Source of the DNA: Eledone cirrhosa
Lineage: Eukaryota
Reading direction: 5' to 3'
NCBI GenBank assembly: GCA_964016885.1
Contig: OZ024741.1
Location: forward strand, 323,764,001-323,828,000
DNA length: 64,000 nucleotides
Positions 58,861-64,000 of the stretch are shown piece by piece; the stretch's first letter is position 1, and the number at the start of each line of letters is the position of its first letter. The notes beneath the pieces are model-generated. The model did not search any database. It saw nothing but the letters and a program-made list of their open reading frames with translations, and had not been told where the DNA came from. The translations under genes and the position numbers were made by a program.

Positions 58861-59430
58861 ATCTATCTCTCTATCTATCTATATTTGAAAAAATGTTTGT
58901 TTTGTAGAACTAGTAAGTTCTTTGTTAACTTTGGTGGGGCGATTTTTTTAAAGATTCCTGGTTAACTTTCCTGGAAAATTTCTCGCATTCGTCGGTGGCG
59001 ATTGTCAGTGTTGTGATGTGTGACTCTATATATAAGAGATGTTGGTGTGTCTGGCGGGGGGGGGGGGGGGGTTAATTATGTCGGGGGTGAAGGAGTGTTG
59101 ATGAAGATTTAAAAGAATTAAAGCATATTTATACACACAAGAGGTGAAAGAAAATAATTGTTTCTGCATTTGGTACACGGCCAGCAATTATCCCAGTGCA
59201 TTACTGGTACTTTATTTTATCGACCACATAAGGATGAAAGGCAAAGTTAACTCCGAGGTGTTTGAAAAAGACTGTAAAGAGCCGTAACTCTATGTTGCAA
59301 AGCATGGGGTCCGACCCTATACTGACACTGCCAATGAATGGTAAAAGGAAGATAATTGATTGAGAGTGTTATTGGGAGGTGTTGGGGGTGTTTAAGGAGT
59401 GTTTTAGAAAGGGTTTGTGAAAGTGCCCTT

Positions 59431-59509
59431 CTGCTAGTTCCATTTCAATAGACGACCTTTGGTGAATAAAATACTAGCGAAATATAATGACAAGATGATC
59501 TTTCAAATT

Positions 59510-59591
<82 letters not shown>

Positions 59592-59669
59592 AATTTGAAA
59601 GATCATCTTGTCATTATATTTCGCTAGTATTTTATTCACCAAAGGTCGTCTATTGAAATGGAACTAGCA

Positions 59670-59670
<1 letters not shown>
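59431..59670. repeat. Perfect inverted repeat of about 82 bp separated by (TA)n
   Basis: ctgctagttcc...aaattctta (TA)n taagaattt...ggaactagcag. Confidence 0.9.
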
Positions 59671-59713
<43 letters not shown>

Positions 59714-59718
<5 letters not shown>

Positions 59719-59905
59719 AACCAGTAAGACCCCGACAGCTGAGCTCAAGCCGTTTCGACGGCTAATTCTGGACAGAATTAGCCGTCGAAACGGCTTGAGC
59801 TCAGCTGTCGGGGTCTTACTGGTTCCTATTACCCACTCTACTACCTCAAGTATTGAGTACTTTGGTGCGTTATGGTCCACCTGGTTCCTTACCACATTTC
59901 CTTCG

Positions 59906-59908
<3 letters not shown>
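59714..59908 (+). mobile_element. Family A fold-back mini-element
   Basis: Hairpin centred on ttctggacagaa, hammerhead 3' half, gtattgagtact tail. Confidence 0.85.
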
Positions 59909-59947
<39 letters not shown>

Positions 59948-59949
<2 letters not shown>

Positions 59950-62900
59950 GGACTAGAGGAATTTTGGTAAAGTTTATATGCATTTTTTCTTCTAACTCAT
60001 ATTTTAGACTTAGCTCCGTTTAGTTGATTATTCGTCTATTTAATTTCTACGAGCTAAAAGAAATGACTAGATAAATTTTATCTCAATGTTCCTCGCGGAA
60101 AATAGTCTGTATCATTTGTTTATTATTTCTTCATAGTTACATTTATATGGTTGATCTCTGCGGGCTAGGGAGAGGAAAGACTGTGTATATTTTATCTAAT
60201 AATTCTTCAAACCTGCAATTTGAAAAATCATTTTTTAGACTAAGGCTACAGGACCCACGACACCCGGTGGCACAAACCGATTTTGAAAAACCGAAAATAA
60301 TCAACCTTTCAAATACAAACCTCTCAACCCAACAAGTTAAAATTCTCTCCAAAGGATTGAAATTCACACCAACGCCACAATACTCTAACCTCAATGCGAT
60401 AAATGACGATATCTCACACTTCTCTAGAAAATTACGTGTCACAGAGGAAATTTTTGACAAGGAGAATAATGACCAATCAATTGTACGGAATAAAAGCAGC
60501 TACAACCAACAAAAGGTAAAAACAGAGTTCTGGACAAATTTTGTGACCACATAGCTACTTTCCCATACCATAAACTACAGCAACCTAAACCCAAACCCAA
60601 CACGAGTCGAAGGGAATGGGAGATTATCCATGAACTAAAAACAATACGGACATTATAATTAAGGAAGTGGACAAGGGAAGTACTGTTGTCATTATGGATG
60701 CTCAAAAATATAAAAATTCTATGTTCTCTCTCTTACAAAATACTAATTACTATGAAAGAGTAAAAAATTACCAGCAATCAAAAACAATGACCAGATTAAA
60801 CACACTGATTTGTCGATACCAGGAAGACTTAACTAAAAAGGAACGCGATTATTTAACACATTTTGAATACAAAACCAGCAACCTTTACGGACTTCCGAAG
60901 ATCCACAAGTGTAAAATAATTAACGATGCCTGTAAACAATTCACCTCAGCCTGCGTGAACACACAATACCCTACAGACCTTAAATTAAGACCAATTGTGG
61001 CGGGCCCACAATGTGAAACACACAGACTGAGCAACTTTATAGACATACTACTAAAACCAATTCTCAAACACATACCAAGCCTTGTAAGAGACGATCTGGA
61101 CCTCTTAAACCACCTCCCCAAACATGTCAACAACGACACTATTATTGTGTCTTTCGATGTGGTGAATCTCTACACAACGATCCCACACCAATACGGACTA
61201 GAAGCAATAGGATTCTGGCTAGAGAAATATCCCAATGAGATACCAGGCAGAATAGAAAAAAAGCTTCATCACCGAGGGATTAAAATTTATCTTACAGAAC
61301 AACTTTTTTGATTTCAATGGCGGTACTTACAAGCAAATATCGGGGACTGCGATGGGTACAAAAGCCGCTCCAACTTATGCCAACTTAGTCATGGCATATT
61401 TAGAAGTCCATATATATGAACAGTCCAAATCAAAATACGGATTGAACTTCCACAAATATTTATCAGAGAATTGGAAACGCTACTTGGATTATTGTCTCAT
61501 TCTTTGGTCCCACACACTCGACCAACTGAATGATTTCAAAAATTTAATTAACGGCATCAATAACCACATCCAATTCACAATGGAATACAGCCAAGATCAA
61601 CTCCCATTTATGGACATCTTAATCTTAAAAAAAGACACAAATATTGAAACTGACATACACCACAAACCAACAGATTCCAAACAATACCTGCTATTCACCT
61701 CCAACCACCCAAAGCACACGAAGACGAACATACCTTTTAACCTAGCAAGAAGAATTTGCACAATTGTCTCCAATTATGAAACGCGAAATAAAAGACTTCA
61801 AGAATTAAAGGAAATTCTACTCGAAAGACAGTACCCACCATTACTAATAAATAATGGAATAGAAAGGGCTAAAGCAATAGGCATTGATGAATTACGAAAA
61901 CAGAAACAAATTCAAGGTACGTCCAATATTCTATCATATATCTCAACACACAACCCAAGAAATGCGGAAGCTTACAACACTATTCACAAGAACATCCCAC
62001 TATTGAAACAAGACCCAAGAATGAAAAAAAGCCCTTGAAACACACAAAATAATCAAAAGCAAAAGACAACCGAAATCACTGAAAACATTACTCACCAATG
62101 CCAAATTAACTACCACAAACACACAACCAACTGTCAAAAAATGTGGTCGTTCTAATTGTGGAACCTGCACTCACCTCATTGAAGGCAACACGTATACATT
62201 TCAATCAGGACAAAATTTTGCTGTAAAAAATCACTTCACTTCCTCATAAAAAATTCTACTTTATGCCATTAAATGTAAAGGATGCCATGAAGATTATATA
62301 AGACAAACTAAACTCACACTCAGAAACAGAATGACAGTTCATCGCCAACAATTACGAGATCCAATCACGAGACAGATACCACTAAGTGCACATCCAGACA
62401 TATCCGCAAGTAATAAGACACCCAAATTCCAAGTCTTCCCATTTTACCTTTGCGCTGACAATACAACAGAACAAATACGAATAAATAAGGAAAATATGTT
62501 TATTCAAAAATATAGACCAGCATTAAATATGGTTTAATATACATTATGTCAACACCATAACATGCTAACCATCCAAACAGACACATACACACACACATAA
62601 GACCTTCTACTTTAGAAAATAAAAACCCGAACTAAATAAACCTTAACATACGGTTGCGCTGACAATACAACAGAACAAATACGATAAGGAAAATATGTTC
62701 ATTCAAAAATATTTCTAGTAACGGAATCATTTTGCTGCACACATACATACACACACAATATATATTCTCTTCATCTTAACATGCTAACCATACTCCCACA
62801 CACACATAACACCCATACACTCACATAACCACCCCACCACACACAACTCCCTCCCCCATTTCTATTAATAGAATCAATTTCCTACACGCATACACACACA

Positions 62901-63650
62901 CAAAAAATATATATTCTCTCCATCTTAACATACTCCCACACACACACACACACACATAACACCCATACACACACAACTCCCTCCCCCATTTCTACTAATA
63001 GAATCATCTTCCTATGCACACACACACACAAGCACATAAATAAACATACATATCTCTACTTTCTCTATTTCAATAGAAAGTCTGAATTCTGACACCCCAG
63101 CGAACCAGCCATATTCACCGAACCAGAACAATTCTCCCATCCCACTTCTCTTAACCATTATCTTTTGTTTGTCATAAAATTCTCTAAAAGGCTACAAAAT
63201 AAATTCCCAAATACGGGCGCAAAATTTAATGAACTTGTTCACGTGACAGTTTAATTTCATTTATAACCAATCAAATTACATTTTTAAAAAAAGCTATCGT
63301 GAGCCACTTTTTTTAAGTAAAAAGAAATTCAAACAAACTGGCGCGAAATGTATTATACTTATTCACCAACCAATCAAATTACTTCTCTAAAAACCTGGCG
63401 TTTCGAGCCACTTTTTTCCATATAAAACAAGTAACATTCAAAGACCAACCAGATTTGAGAAAAACCACAGACCCTCCATCTCAACTCTACTTTTGAAAAG
63501 CAGAACTGCGAAAACGGTAAAGGAACCAAATAAATATATATATTTAAAAAAAAATAAGACTAGTTGCGTTTTCGATTTCATCTTTTTTTCTTTATACTTT
63601 CACTCGTGTAGGACACCTCGGTTATTTTTCATTTTGTAAAAAAACCTCAC

Positions 63651-63656
<6 letters not shown>
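59948..63656 (+). mobile_element. Penelope-like retroelement, Neptune-like, disrupted, between (TA)n tracts
   Basis: INLS..LSKGLKFTPTP, DKGSTVVIMD, YGLPKIHK, LRPIVAG, FDVVNLYTTIP, AMGTKAAPTYANL, RYLD, KPTD..HP.H, Cys linker CGRSNCGTC and a GIY-YIG remnant to 62537. The 3' boundary is inferred. Confidence 0.85.
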
Positions 63657-63681
<25 letters not shown>

Positions 63682-63776
63682 GTGGTAGAACACTGGAAGG
63701 TGATATCCGTAGTGGTAGATCACTCAGTCCATGCGACGAGTTAGGTAGAAGTGGTTACACAACAGTTAGTTCACCA

Positions 63777-63819
63777 TACCGAGAACAATTGTTTCACCTT
63801 AGCGGATCCTCAGCTCGTA
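63777..63819 (-). ncRNA. Minimal type I hammerhead ribozyme motif with tail 63682-63776 running into (TA)n
   Basis: Minus strand CGAG-CTGAGGA-tCC-gctaa-GGt-GAAAC-AATT-GTT-CTCG; palindromic loop III. Confidence 0.75.
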
Positions 63820-64000
63820 ATGGACATGGTTATATTGTTCTCGGTATAAGTGTTTGTTGAGCTAGTTTAATGAGGACACACATACTGTTTTTATAGATAC
63901 TATTATGCCGAAGATGGTTTTCTGCAATTGCGCTGACGCCCAAAAGCTAGTCATTAGGGGATCATGTACGACAAAGATAACACCTAAATCGTAGGCCGTC

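Overview
AT-rich, microsatellite-saturated eukaryotic DNA. The SINE families and (TA)n/(CA)n density suggest a coleoid cephalopod, probably Octopus (inference). No intact protein-coding gene can be supported; most ORFs in the track are translated microsatellites. Recognisable content: two Penelope-like retroelements (a Naiad-like copy at 2.9-6.8 kb with a truncated sister at 34.2-35.7 kb, and a Neptune-like copy at 60-63.7 kb), R4/Dong-like LINEs in (TAA)n, an internally deleted L1/Tx1-like LINE in (TATC)n, a decayed Tc1/mariner, RTE-like remnants, many SINEs and two weak candidate minus-strand host exons. The most striking unexplained structure is a dense, multi-family population of 100-500 bp elements inside (TA)n tracts. 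Each is typically a fold-back inverted repeat plus an unpaired tail, often with a TTGAGTAC-like motif. They carry complete or half type I hammerhead ribozyme motifs, and the fold-back point repeatedly falls inside the ribozyme. All RNA folds were read by eye, not computed.
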